This document shows, one piece after another, positions 52,316 through 64,000 of a stretch of DNA of 64,000 nucleotides. The notes beneath the pieces are model-generated. The model saw nothing but the letters and a program-made list of their open reading frames with translations, was not told where the DNA came from and ran no database searches. This stretch comes from Carcharhinus amblyrhynchos (Eukaryota). Position 1 is the stretch's first letter, and each line of letters starts with the position of its first letter. The position numbers and the translations under genes were made by a program. The stretch is from contig OZ336890.1 in assembly GCA_965287045.1 (NCBI GenBank), positions 45,632,001 through 45,696,000 on the forward strand. The letters run 5' to 3'.

Positions 52316-53189
52316 ATCTTACTGAAATGAGAATATTCTGATTCGTTACTGCATTTTTTCCCAGATTGAGACTTTTCCAATTAACACTGATTAGCCGAAA
52401 CAGACAATAAATCAGAAATATTCCAGAGAGAGCATTCTAGGTTTGAGATGACATTCCTAAAACTGCCGAGTGGTGTTTGGTGTGAGGGGAGCAGGGAGAG
52501 TGCGATTACTACTCAATTTTCCAACAAAAGTATAATTCGTTACATAAGCCACATTGAAAGGCAACCAATCTAACCATCCCACAGCTGCCTTATTAGATTT
52601 ACTTGACATTTAAAAGTTAATAATCACTTTAATGTTTGTTGAATAAAATCCAAACCTAGTCCTTATTTATGAAGAAAGTTCTTTCCTGCACAATTTCATT
52701 TCATTAACTTTTACGAGTGGGTTTGTCAAATCTTCTTCCCTGTTTATATTGGGGTGTCACTGAAGGATCATCTTCATGTACATCGATGTTATCAAAGTCT
52801 AATATAAATGTGCATAATACTGGCTTCAAGTCAATGGGAGATGTTGCCACAGGAGCAACAGAGACTGCCCTTGCTGTGATTATCTATCAATAGGATCAAT
52901 GCTGCAGGAGCAGGCTAATGAGAGATTTGTTGGGCCAGGTGTGATTTAAATTTGGTAAGGACTCCCCTTAGTACATTAATTTTGTAATTCCAGGCGCTGG
53001 GTTTATGTCATGATGTAACCCCAAAACTTAATCTTACTGGGATGCCATCTGTTAGGTGTAAATAGCTCCCTGCCGGATGCTCTCTCTGCCTGTACAGCGA
53101 CTGGGGACACAAATTAATTCACGTCACATTTGTGGCCTACTGATCTGTTTGCCTACATCTGTATTTGTATCATTTAGTCTCAAACACTA

Positions 53190-54390
53190 GCACCATACAT
53201 CTCTTTCAAACATTTCCCCCCTCAGTCTCAACCTATGCCTCTGAGTAATTGACCCTTCGACCCTGGGAAAAAGCCTCTGATTTTCCACCCTATTCAAGTC
53301 TGTCATAACCTTGTAAATCTCTATCAGGTCCCCCTGTCATCCTCCAACACGCCAATAAAAACAATTCAAGTTTGTTCAACCTTTCTTCATTGTCCATATA
53401 CTTCAAACCAGGCAACATCCTGGTAAATTTCTTCTGCACTCTTTCCAACGCATCAACATCCTTTCAGTAGTCTGGTGACCAGAATTGAACACAATATTCC
53501 AAATGGTGCCTAACCAAAGTCTTATACAGCAGCATGATTTTCCGATGCCCATGCTCAATGCCCCGACTGATGAAGGCCAGGGTGCCATATGCCTTCTTGA
53601 CCACTTGCCCACCTGAGTTGCCACCTTCAGGGAACCGTGGACCTGCACGCCTAGATCCCTCTGTATGCTAATATTGCTAAGGGCTCCACCATTTACTTAT
53701 ACGTTTCTTCTGCAGTAGACCTTCCAAATCGCATCATCTCACATTTGTCCATGTTAAATTCCATCTGCCATCTTTCAGCACAGGTCTCCAGCCGCTTTAT
53801 ATCCTGCTGTATCTTCTGACAATCCTTCTCACTATCTGCTACTCCCCCAATTTTTGTATCATCTGCAAATTTACTAATCAGACCACCTACATTTTTCTCC
53901 AAATCATTTATATACATTACAAACAACAGAGGCCCCAGCGCTGTTCCTTGTGGAACACCCCTTGTCACAGACCTCCAGTTAGAAAAGTACTTTTCCACTG
54001 TTACTCTCTGCTTTCTGTGCCCAAGCCATTTCGTATCCATCTTACCAGCTCATCTTAGATCCCACATGACTTCACCTTCTGTGTCAGCCTGCCATGAAGA
54101 ACCTTATAGAAGGCTTTATTAAGGTCCATGTATATAACATCCACTGTTCTGGTCAATTTTTTTTGTCACTTCCTCAAAGAACTCAATCAGATTTGTGAGA
54201 CATGACCTTCCCTTCACAAAACCATGCTGCCTATCCCTAATAAATCTATTCTCTTCCAGATGTGAATACATCCTGGCCCTAAGAATCTTCTCCAATTATT
54301 TCCCCACGACTGATGTAGGGCTCACAGGCCTGTAGCTTCCCGGATTGTCTCTTGTGCCCTTCTTAAACAGAGGAACAATGTTAGCTACTC
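53190..54390 (-). mobile_element. CR1 LINE RT fragment
   Basis: GVPQGTALGPLLFVMYINDL, KFADDTKIGG, WQMEFN motifs; frameshifted. Confidence 0.93.
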
Positions 54391-56454
54391 AGAGTTTGTC
54401 TTAGTCACCATCAAGTTCCAGGGGTGGAATTCTACATGATTTTCTTTTGGAGATTAAGGATTGGATTTTCTGATCTTGTTTGTACCTGCCTCACTGTCAG
54501 CGAGAACGGAAAATTTGGTGCTCAGGCAAATCTCCATTCATTGCAGCGGCACCGGAGACTCCCAGCCATGAACGAGATTGGAGGTTTTCAGCATAAATGT
54601 GCACAGCAGGACAGTGAGATTGTACATGGGGCAAGATTCTCTAGCCTTTCCTCAGCATTTTTCTCAGTGGCGTGCCATTTGCTGATGGTGGGACCCTCTC
54701 TCTGATCCTGCTGTGGTCAATGGAATTCCTATTGGAAAATCAATGGCAGGGGCTTCACTGCTGATGGGACCAAAGAATATTGCCGATGTGAACGGTCGGG
54801 GAATTCCGGCCTTGGATTATGGAAAGAGCAGCCTAGATGGACTAAATGATCTTTAGTTCCTGTTCTTTTTATGCTTTTAAATATAAACAGGAATGTTATT
54901 TGGAATCATTGGAATGTTGTTTGTTAGTGTGAGCCCTTGGACTTTAATAACAGTGGGCAGTCGGAGTGGGGATTGATTATAGCTCTGATGCAGATGTTTG
55001 AATAAATAATGATAATATAACACCCAATTACTTTATGGAAAACTATAGGTCCAATTTTCTAAGGATTACTGAAGCCATTAACTATGAAATACAACTGGCC
55101 AGGATTGCATAATACAGACTGCAAAACACAATCGATATCTGAAGATTACCTGGGAATTAGAGTGAAATTTCACAGAGGCAGGAGGTTAGTAAATTGGATA
55201 CAGTCCAACATTGTATAATCTGTTGGAAAGAAATGACCTTTTGTTGTGCATCATTTTTAAATGCTTTAATGTTGACACGTGTATTTATAAGCAATTTGTA
55301 CGGAGACTGCTTCTAACAGTTGGCTAAATTAAAGAGCGTTGAACGATCAATTCAAATTACACGCAGTAAAGAGGCTGAAACATTACCTAATAAGTATAAA
55401 TAGTGGCTCCTTCGTGTCAGACCTGATTGAAAAGCTGAGAGTCCAGCTTCAATCCCTGTTCTCTGTTGATATTTGCATTTGTATTTTCTTCAGAGGGCAA
55501 GTTCCAATATTGGCAGACTGTTAGACACAATCCAATTGGGGGAAATAAATAAAAGGAAATTGAATGGAGACCAAGCTACTCTAACCTGGATCTCCCAGTG
55601 GATCCAGAAGTAATGCGTTGCAATTTGCAGATGGGTCAAGTTAGCCTTTTTATATGAATACTCAGGATGATTTGAGCTTTATTTCCACCCTTAGTTGTCT
55701 GGAGAAAGCAGTGCACCTTCTAACAGAAAACCACTTCAACTGATGTTCTGATACAACCCAGTACTGGAGTCCAATTTATATCAGGCCAGGAAAGGATGAC
55801 AGACATCTTTTCCTTAGGGACATTATTAGATTAGTTTTGTTTTTTATACTACAATTCGTCAATTTACCAACTACTATGGCAATATTGTAAATTCTCATTG
55901 TCTGAATTATTAGTCACCCCCTTACTCCAATCCCTTTACGATGAACGAAGATAATCTTCATATGAGAGATTAAATAAAATTCTCTAATTTATTTAATTGC
56001 ATTATCAATCTAATATGACAGCTGTCCTCTATATTGTGAACATACTTATTTTATTGAACCAATTACATCCTTCACCTTTCGCGATCAGTACAAGCTATTT
56101 TCGCAACAACAGCTCTACTCATTCTTGAACATCCTTTATCAGAACAATTTCTGATTCTCATTCTTGGATGTGATAATAGGTGCCTAGTCACAAAAAAGAA
56201 AAAGTCAGACTTATGAGGATATGTTCTAACTTATGCACGAGACCTTTTAAGGATATAACTTGTACGATCTGAGTTGGCAACAGTTTTTAATATTTTACTG
56301 TGGTCCATCTCACATGCTAGCCTCTAGTACTTTCTGCACTCATCTATGTGCTGTCATTCTCAAGAGCAAGGGCCTTGCGCATGAAGATTGTCATAGACCT
56401 GCTGGCAAATGGAGTTGAGTGTGCTGGAAAGGAGTTCTCCTTTCCCAGGCAATT

Positions 56455-56870
56455 CTGCCCAGTTCTCACACCTGAGGCATGGGTTCACGCCCCACTCCAG
56501 AGACCTGTACAAAAATCTAAACACGCTGTCCAGTTCATCACTGTGCCCTCAACGGCTGTCTTCAGAAGGGGTGTTAAAATGAGTCCCTACCCTCTGCAGT
56601 GGATACAAAAGACCCTTGGTACAATTTTGGAGAAGTGGGCGGGGTGGGATTCTCCCTGGTGTTCTGATCAATATTTGTCTTTCAACCAACATCGCTGAAA
56701 CAGATTATTTGGTCATTATCATATTGCTGTGTTGTGCCTTGCTGGGTGTAAATTGGTTGCTGTATTTTGCTAAATTATAACAGCGACTACACCCGTAAGG
56801 CACTTCATTGACTGTAAATATTTTGGGAGGTTTTCAAAGGTGTGAGAGAAATACAAGTTTTTTTTTCTTT
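56455..56870 (+). mobile_element. SacSINE1/Deu-SINE-like SINE
   Basis: gggttcacgccccactccagagac head; cagattatttggtcattatcatattgctg core. Confidence 0.78.
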
Positions 56871-58202
56871 TATTCCACTTCAGAGATTCACATTAAAGAG
56901 AATGGCATCTTGCCCAGATTGGATAATTTATCTGTGGCAGAAGGGAAATTTTGCAGGGATTTAAGAAAGAAAATCAGGACTTAAATGGCTAATAGCTTTA
57001 CTGGGGATGAGGAAAGTCAGATGGTTCAATTTGGGTCTGCACAGGCTAGGTCATTGCTGTCCAGGTTGTGAACTGTCCACTATGTTTAGATGCGACCCGA
57101 GCGTGAGTTCATTCGATCACAGTTCTAATGTGTTCACAGGGGTTGGGTCATCTGGACTGAGCACCATTTGCAAGTGGGCAGGCAAGTTTACATTGCCTGC
57201 TTGTGCAAATCTGTGATCTGTCATCAGAAGGTAACCAAGGGCAAGTGCTCTCTCCCTGTCGAGGCCAAGTGGCTGATTCTTGCTCTATCAGTCCCTGAGA
57301 CTGACTCATGGGCTCATATTCTGCCCTGACTGCAAAGCTATTGGTCTTCTGCTTGTGCTAGCTAGCTGGGTGTCCAACACTTATGGAAGCTCATCACCCT
57401 TCTGAATCACTCAGAAACCCATAAATATAGAGCTTCTCTTTGCCAGAAATGATGTACATACATTCACCCACTTGGCGATCTCATGCATGGCACCCAAATG
57501 CATGTGCATACGTGTGTATAGGTACTGCTGGAATTTAGCTAACAAAAATGACATAGATTATCAGCAGTGTACAGTTACCTGCTGCTTGTCTGTCAAGGCC
57601 CACCCTCTTAGCTACCGCATTCCCTTGCAAAGTCACCGTTGGTTGAGTAGGGAGAATCCAGCTCCGAGAGAGGATGGTCCCTCTAGTTCTTGCCAATCAT
57701 TTGGGTCAGCTGGACAATATTGGCCCTGGAGTAATGTTTGGCTAGCGTTTTAGATTACCAAGTCTCCTATAAATAACTGATAGTTTCACCCAATGATCTT
57801 GGAGCAACCTTAACCTCAAAAATTCATCTCCCTTACCCTCTGTGCTTGTTGTTCGTAAGCATAGGTTTCAGCCATTACCATCTTCTCCTAGCTCATGGCC
57901 AAAACAATATCTCATTGACTGGAGAGCGGAGTTTTAGCAATACCCGATTTCCTCATTGTAACCAAATCAGGGGCCAGTGAATTCTGGATAAAAAGTATGT
58001 TTTCCTATCTGGCCTCCAGGGTCAGCAGCCCTGATAGGAGTTCCCTTATCAACAATGCAACAAAATAAACCTTCAGTGAAGTGGAAGGACCTATGTTAGA
58101 CAGTTAACAATGTATCTATATCCCAGCCACCCAAATCCAAAGTGCAGCAAGGATCATTTACCAATTAGGTTCTGATGTGAGTGGTTTAGGCAAAGAGGCA
58201 GA

Positions 58203-58225
58203 CTCTCTCTCTCTCTCTCTCTCTC
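58203..58225 (+). repeat. (CT)n microsatellite
   Basis: About 11 perfect CT units. Confidence 0.95.
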
Positions 58226-60210
58226 AGGGCAGAAGGTGGTCAATAAAAGACTGCAACCCTGCTTCCCGCACACTATGAACTCACCAAATCCGACTGTGTC
58301 ACAATCTGAGTGCTCGCGAGTGGATAATTTCAAGCAGCAGGCAGACAGAGGCCTCTTTGACCTAATTATAATGACACATTAAAGCAGAAAAATGCTTCAA
58401 TGAAAGAAATCAGCATAAGTCTGACTTGCTGTCCGTAAAATTGCTCATTGTTCCCAAGTGATTCAAAAGGAAAATCACTTACGGGCTCTCTCTGGAATGT
58501 GTTACAGGTAAATATGAAATTTTGATATTGACACAGGAAAGAAACAGGAAAAGAAAGTTCTGGAAAAGTCAAGAGCAGTGATAATATAGACAGGTAGAGA
58601 AGTAAAGATAGCTACCTACACTTCACTAAACACCATCCTACAATTACTTATTTAATGACTATTTCTGAGGAAGGATCCGATTTAACTGGTGAATTTGTTG
58701 ATGCATCTACCAATCAGTCACTGAGAGAATGCCCCCCAATATATATTGCATGAGGCTGCACCTCACATCAAAAGTGTATCTAAGGCCAGCACCCTAACTA
58801 TGATCTGTGGTCAGAAAATAAAATTAGCAATTGCTGCATTCTTAGGGAGCGGGGAGGAGGAAAATCACTGCAATGGGACCATGAACTGATTACAGCACAG
58901 CAGAGAAACCAATTTATTAATACTTGAGACTAAGTCACTAGGAGAACTCTCAATTTTCCAAAGTCCCCTGAGGGACCAGGGTCACAATGAGACAGAAAAC
59001 TACTCTTTCTTCAAGGACCATCTCAATTTGACTTTGCCACCATCAGAGGAGGAAGGCTTGTCTTTCAGAACCCTAGTGCACATCCCAGTAACTTTTAAAT
59101 GTGATGAGGTTTCCTGCCTCTACCACCCTTTCGGGCAGTGAACCCCAGGATCCTTTGGGTGAAAACAATTTATCCTCTGACAAGTCTGTTCAGCCTATTT
59201 CGCGAGGCAAAATGGCAGGGAGGTTCTGTGGTGCATGGGTAGCGACCCTACATCTGAACCTGAAGCTTCAGGATGGAGTCCCACTTCAGACCTTGACTTG
59301 CGTTTGTAATCATCAACCTGGAAATTTTCCCAATATTTCTACATAAATCCTAATCTCTTTAAACTTCAACACACAGTGGGTAAGAATGCTGTGCCTCAGA
59401 GTTTAGAGGTCAGGAGTTCCCTTTTGATTGGTCGGGAAGGTGTGGGGTGGGAATTGTACCACCTTCCCGACTCCTCCTCCAGCCAGGCTCCAGGTGGGAA
59501 GGATGGAGGAGGGCCTTCCTGCCCGGAGGCCAATTGAGGCCATTAAGTAGCCACCCAAAGGCCATTTAAGGGATGAATATGCCACTGCTGGAATGCCACC
59601 TGCGGCCAGCAGGGAACTCATGTCTTGGGAAAACACATCCTTCCCTCACTATTCCCCAAAAGGGGGAAAAGAACGCTGCACGGGTGTGAAGATACAAGAA
59701 AATAAAAACACAGCAAACATTGTCGTGTTTACCTGTGGCCTACTGGATGGGTCGGGGCCCTTCGTACTCAGACACCCTGGCTGGAATCTTGTGGAGGTAA
59801 TGGCTGGAGAGCTGGCATGAGCCCCATGTTGCCTCTTTCCAGAAAGACCTGCCGCATCTTGTTCCATTCAGACACTTGGCAGGCCAATGATGGGCTTCCT
59901 CTGGGATCAAGGACCTTGAGGAAGGAAGACCTACGCATCGGGAGTTGCCGGCCACCAGCGGCTGGCAGATTTATTGAACATGGAGGAGGTGGCTGCTACG
60001 GGTATGACACCTACCCGAGACCCAGAATTACCCCAGGCCACAGGTGAGCGATAGTGGGAGGGATTGGCAGGGTGTTGGCCATTGGAGAGGAGGGGCTTGG
60101 CAGTAAGAACAGAGGACATGGCTCTTAGGAGGACCCCCCCCTCCTTCCTGGTATCCCGCTCCTCGATCAGGCATTGAGAATCTTTGAAAGAAAGACCTCC
60201 CCCACTATAG

Positions 60211-60434
60211 TGTAGCGAGGAAAGGCTCGAACTCAGGCCAATGAACTGATAAGAGATTTACTAACAGGTTAACTATGCACATTACAGAGTATGGGAAAAG
60301 GTCTTAACTCTACAGGCCCAAAACTCTGACTGCTGGAACAAGCCCAAGTGAGTCCCCAACTCAGCTTGAGATGGGACCAGTGGGTCACATGACCTTTTCT
60401 GGGAAAATGCCCCTTAAAGGGCTCCTTCACTACA
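60211..60434 (-). mobile_element. Probable Gypsy solo LTR inside a GC-rich Harbinger-like remnant
   Basis: Inverted termini TGTAGCGA / TCACTACA; ggtcacatgacc palindrome and ccttaaagg; no clear TSD. Confidence 0.5.
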
Positions 60435-60832
60435 CCCAGCACCCTGTGAGCTTGCAGTTTGCTCCTTGTGCTCCCACTTGGCGAGCCCCAGCCTATCCTC
60501 AAGGATATTTATTGGTGATGGTGGTGCTAAAAGCAGATGTAACAGCAATTTCTCTCCTTGGAATTTCTAGCAAAGTGCACAGTCAGTACTGACTCAGTGC
60601 ACAGTCAGTGATTTTCCTTCTCTTTGAAGGGACTGTCAACATTGGAATTATTCAGCAAGGCCCAGCCTGAGAAAGATTAATCTTTAACAATTTAACTCAG
60701 TTTTCCCCGACTCTGGGTTTGTGTAGTGACAGCTTAGCGGGGGACAGAGCAGACGGTGACGGTTCACATTAGATGTTGGAACAAAAGGGGCAATTTAGTC
60801 AGGCATTAGACAGGCACATCGCATCACAATGC

Positions 60833-60886
60833 ATCATCTCGTGCTGCTTGAACTTTCCAAGGTAATTACCTTCTCCAGCATAACAT
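60833..60886 (-). pseudogene. Degenerate homologue (pseudo-exon) of Cav3.1 cassette exon 26
   Basis: 54 nt, phase 1: xAT GTT ATG CTG GAG AAG GTA ATT ACC TTG GAA AGT TCA AGC AGC ACG AGA TGA T = (N/D)VMLEKVITLESSSSTR*. Aligns without gaps to recalled human (N/D)LMLDDVIASGSSASAAS and lies upstream of exon 27 as expected; flanks are ttg| and |gc. Confidence 0.6.
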
Positions 60887-63387
60887 CAACAAGGAGCAAA
60901 TGCGTAACACAAATAACCCCTTGGAGAGCGGCAAGGCTGTAAACTATTTTGAAATAGCTACCTTTTCCTTTAGCTTGAAGATTTTATTCTTTTACTCTTT
61001 CATGCTATTTATTATAAACATTTAAGCTGTGCAAGTTTAAAACAACCACCTCGATGCACAATTTTATCAAGGTTTTACAGGTTTCTACTTGAGAGAGAAG
61101 AGGTTAGCTGTTGTGGCTCCAAGTTTGCTAATTTAGTTTAACAGTGGAAGAGTGAAGGAAGAGAGTAAGGTGCAGAAAATGTGAGAGGATGGAAGTAGAC
61201 ACAGACTGTAGAAAAGCTGAGCTGACACCACCAGAAAAGAACAGACAATAGATAGAAAGGAGGAGGAGGCATGCAAAGCAAAATGACAACCTCTGACCTC
61301 ACCGCAAGTAAATCAGACTACATCACATCCTGCTGAAGCATCTTTACTCTTTGAAACATTGAAAAGGGAAACTTTTATGCATCACTTCTTGTGTCAAAAA
61401 TTAATTCAATATCGTTGCAAAAATATCTGCAAAGCTACAGTCTACTTTGAAAAAGGTACCTTTTTTAAAAATCTTAAAATAATTTATCATCAATGAAAAG
61501 CAGTTTGCTGTGTCTGGCTGCAACAACATGTAATAAAGCAGCTTTGCCTCTATTAACTGTCACAGATGTGACAGTCCATGACCTACTTAAATATTTAGAA
61601 TGTATAGTGAGTTATTACATGTATAATGTGACCTTTTATCTGTATTTCTCAAGGGGTATTTGATAGTTTTTAAAAAAAATTCGGGTCTTTTTTGCACTGT
61701 TTGACTTATTGGATTTTTGAGTTACCACCTGGAACACGACTGCTTCAGTACTCGACTATATTTTAAATCCTCAATCTTTAAACCGTGGTAAAATCGCCAG
61801 GGAAACGGCCAAGGCACAAAACAATTCATCCTCCCATACTTGGGGCTGCAGGATAACATCAATTATCTGAAGGAATTTTACCCAGTAGATGGGTCAGTCT
61901 ACACCTGGACACTCAACCTAATGTGGTGCAGGTACCTATCTACCTGTCATGCACAATCGTAAACATTCATAAACGTTTTTGCAAGGGTGATAGCAAATCT
62001 AAATTAGCCAGGCTGAGTAAAGACAGTTTGGTGTTGAAGCCACTATATGCAAGGCTTTAGGGGAGCAAAGTAAAATACACAGTACCTTGAAGACCAGAGT
62101 CATAGCTTTTTTTGACCAGGCTCTTCATAGAACTTCTGAAATATGAAGTTAATTGATACCAAAGACATTATGAAAGAAGCTATTTCTCCACACCATTCCC
62201 CCACTCTCCTCCCTCAGCATGTGAGCAAAGCTCAGTACTAGCCAAGCGTTGCGCTGATAATTTCAGTCCCAATGTCACCCTGCTATTTCTGATCCTAAGT
62301 TATCCATGTGCCTCGATATTATTTGTCCCTTCACTTTTCTGGTGTCACACTATTATCTGTCCCTGGACTATCCTGTCCATCATTGATCTCACACCACTAC
62401 TGGCAGAGTTACACTAGCTGTCATCTGTGACCTCAGTGCTTTCCTGGATAATAAGATTCTCACACAGCCCTAACATCCTGGAGTGGAATGTGCTTTGATT
62501 CACTGGTATGGGCCTGACCTTCCCAAGATTCACAGCACCTGACACTATCCCAGCTCCCTCTTGAAGTGCATCTGGAAAAGCAAAAGTGCTGTCAGGTTTC
62601 TGACTTGACAGATGTGGCCGTAATCAAACTTCTGTGGCCTTGTTTAGAGTCTGAGCAAGACATTTCATAAGCTACAGATTTGAAGCTTATAGGGTAGCAC
62701 TGGCAAGATTTTATTCTGACTTCACTCAGTTTCCACACTTGTCAGCAAGGATCACTGGAATGTGATCAAATGCAGGAACCCTGGTTGCTTTGTCTTTTCT
62801 CTACAACCCTGAGTTATTGAGGCCAATTGAAGCCCCCATAAAACTACCTCTTAACTCTGTAGGTACTGCAGATTAAGCCTAGAACCTCTCTGTTCTTCAA
62901 GACTTTGTTCTACATTAACTTAAGAACTGAAATGTTTAGTAGGATCTGCACTAAACTAATTTTGTAAAAGTGGCAACTCATTTGAAAAGACTTGCTGACT
63001 CTTTTGGAGCCTTCCACTTTTTCCGCAATTGAAATAACTGACTTTGAGTTTTTAATAATTGCCCCATTAGCAGAATCTATCAGCTGGCCAAGGCAAGAGA
63101 GATGCACAACCACTTAACTAGGGGTGAAAAACATCTAAGCAAGGCTAAGTCTGGAAACAAAATGACAAAAACTGCACTAACCACCACTAACTACAAGCCT
63201 GTCTGGGGGTTGGCATGCAATGCTATGCAGAGGATTATTTTGTGACAATTAAGAGGGCAATGCTGACACTTTCAGTTTGGAAAGAAAAAGGATAAGCTAC
63301 ACCTACCCTACAGAGTAAATTTAAAGTGGGTTCAGAGATAGGTGTGAGTGCATCATGACCTTCAGGGAACAGAATTTAAAATGCCAT

Positions 63388-63502
63388 TGCATCCAGACTC
63401 AAAACGTTAGCTCTATTCTCTCTCCACAGATGCTGTCAGACCTGCTGAGGTTTTTCAGCATTTTCTGTTTTTGTCTCAGATTTTAGCATCTGTAGTAAAT
63501 TA
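63388..63502 (+). mobile_element. Penelope-like terminal repeat (3' half of the hammerhead motif)
   Basis: catccagactcaaaacgttagctct..cacagatgctgtcagacctgctgag. Confidence 0.7.
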
Positions 63503-63557
63503 CACCAATATATTCCAGTGTTATGTTGAAATGTGTAACATATGGAATCTACCAATA

Positions 63558-63790
63558 TTGGTTAGATTAGCTCAGTTGGCTGGATGGCTGGTTAGTGAAG
63601 CAGAGCAACACCAACAACACAGGTTCAATTCCTCTTCTGTCTGAGGTTATTCATGAAGATCCTGCCTTCTCAACCTTACTCCTTGCGAGAGGTAGGGTGA
63701 TCCTCAGGTTAAATCACCATCAGTCAGCTCTCCCTCTCAAAGGGGAGAGCAGCTTATGGTCATCAGGGACTGGAGCAACTTTACCTTTCC
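63558..63790 (+). mobile_element. tRNA-derived SINE
   Basis: A box TAGCTCAGTTGG, B box GGTTCAATTCC, 3' hairpin gctctccct..ggggagagc. Confidence 0.75.
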
Positions 63791-64000
63791 CCACTTATAA
63801 CAGCAGAATGACATACCAATATAGAACATGAGGTTATGTAGTTGGATATCATGTTGTGCTCTGTGAGGTTCCTAAACATATACTACAACCACATAACACT
63901 ACATTTTCCTATAATAACCTGCTGCTTCAATCAAGCCATTATTATTAAGCATATGAGAGATCAGTATCTTGTGAGTTCATCTATTCCACCACGACTGAAA

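Noticed and set aside
57836-57886. 51-nt ag...gtaagg segment reading EKMVMAETYAYEQQAQR, reminiscent of the exon 25 extension SKEKQMA
   Set aside because: That reading needs phase 0, but the intron is phase 1, where it hits TGA; it also lacks a pyrimidine tract
60740-60775. ATCTAATG matching the recalled start of human exon 26
   Set aside because: Followed immediately by TGA, no AG acceptor and no further similarity; the better match is 60833-60886
1-64000. CRISPR arrays, operons or other prokaryotic systems
   Set aside because: The sequence is a vertebrate intron-exon locus; no repeat-spacer arrays or prokaryotic gene density

Overview
Eukaryotic vertebrate DNA, almost certainly from a cartilaginous fish (shark). 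This is judged from the repeat landscape: HE1/V-SINE, SacSINE1/Deu-SINE, shark-type CR1, L2, RTE and Penelope ends. The whole window lies inside one large minus-strand gene, the T-type calcium channel Cav3.1 (CACNA1G). Eleven GT-AG exons could be assembled in frame, equivalent to human exons 27-37 and running from 42458 down to 1119. They encode the end of the III-IV linker, all of domain IV (S4 [10 protein letters not shown], pore TGDNW) and most of the C-terminus, including homologues of the mammalian cassette exons 34 and 35. Exon 25 and the terminal exon lie outside the window. Almost all other ORFs in the track are repeat fragments or noise. The most notable observations are: (1) an ungapped but apparently dead homologue of cassette exon 26 at 60833-60886, with a TG acceptor, GC donor and in-frame TGA, inside a cluster of splice-like signals; (2) minimal hammerhead-ribozyme motifs with covarying stems in Penelope terminal repeats; (3) an Asp-to-Asn change at a normally conserved IVS4-S5 linker position that one A-to-I edit could revert; (4) nested young CR1 insertions; (5) an unexplained ~1.4 kb coding-like unique tract in intron 34. 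Exon numbering and comparisons to human rely on recalled human sequence and were not computed. Repeat boundaries are approximate.
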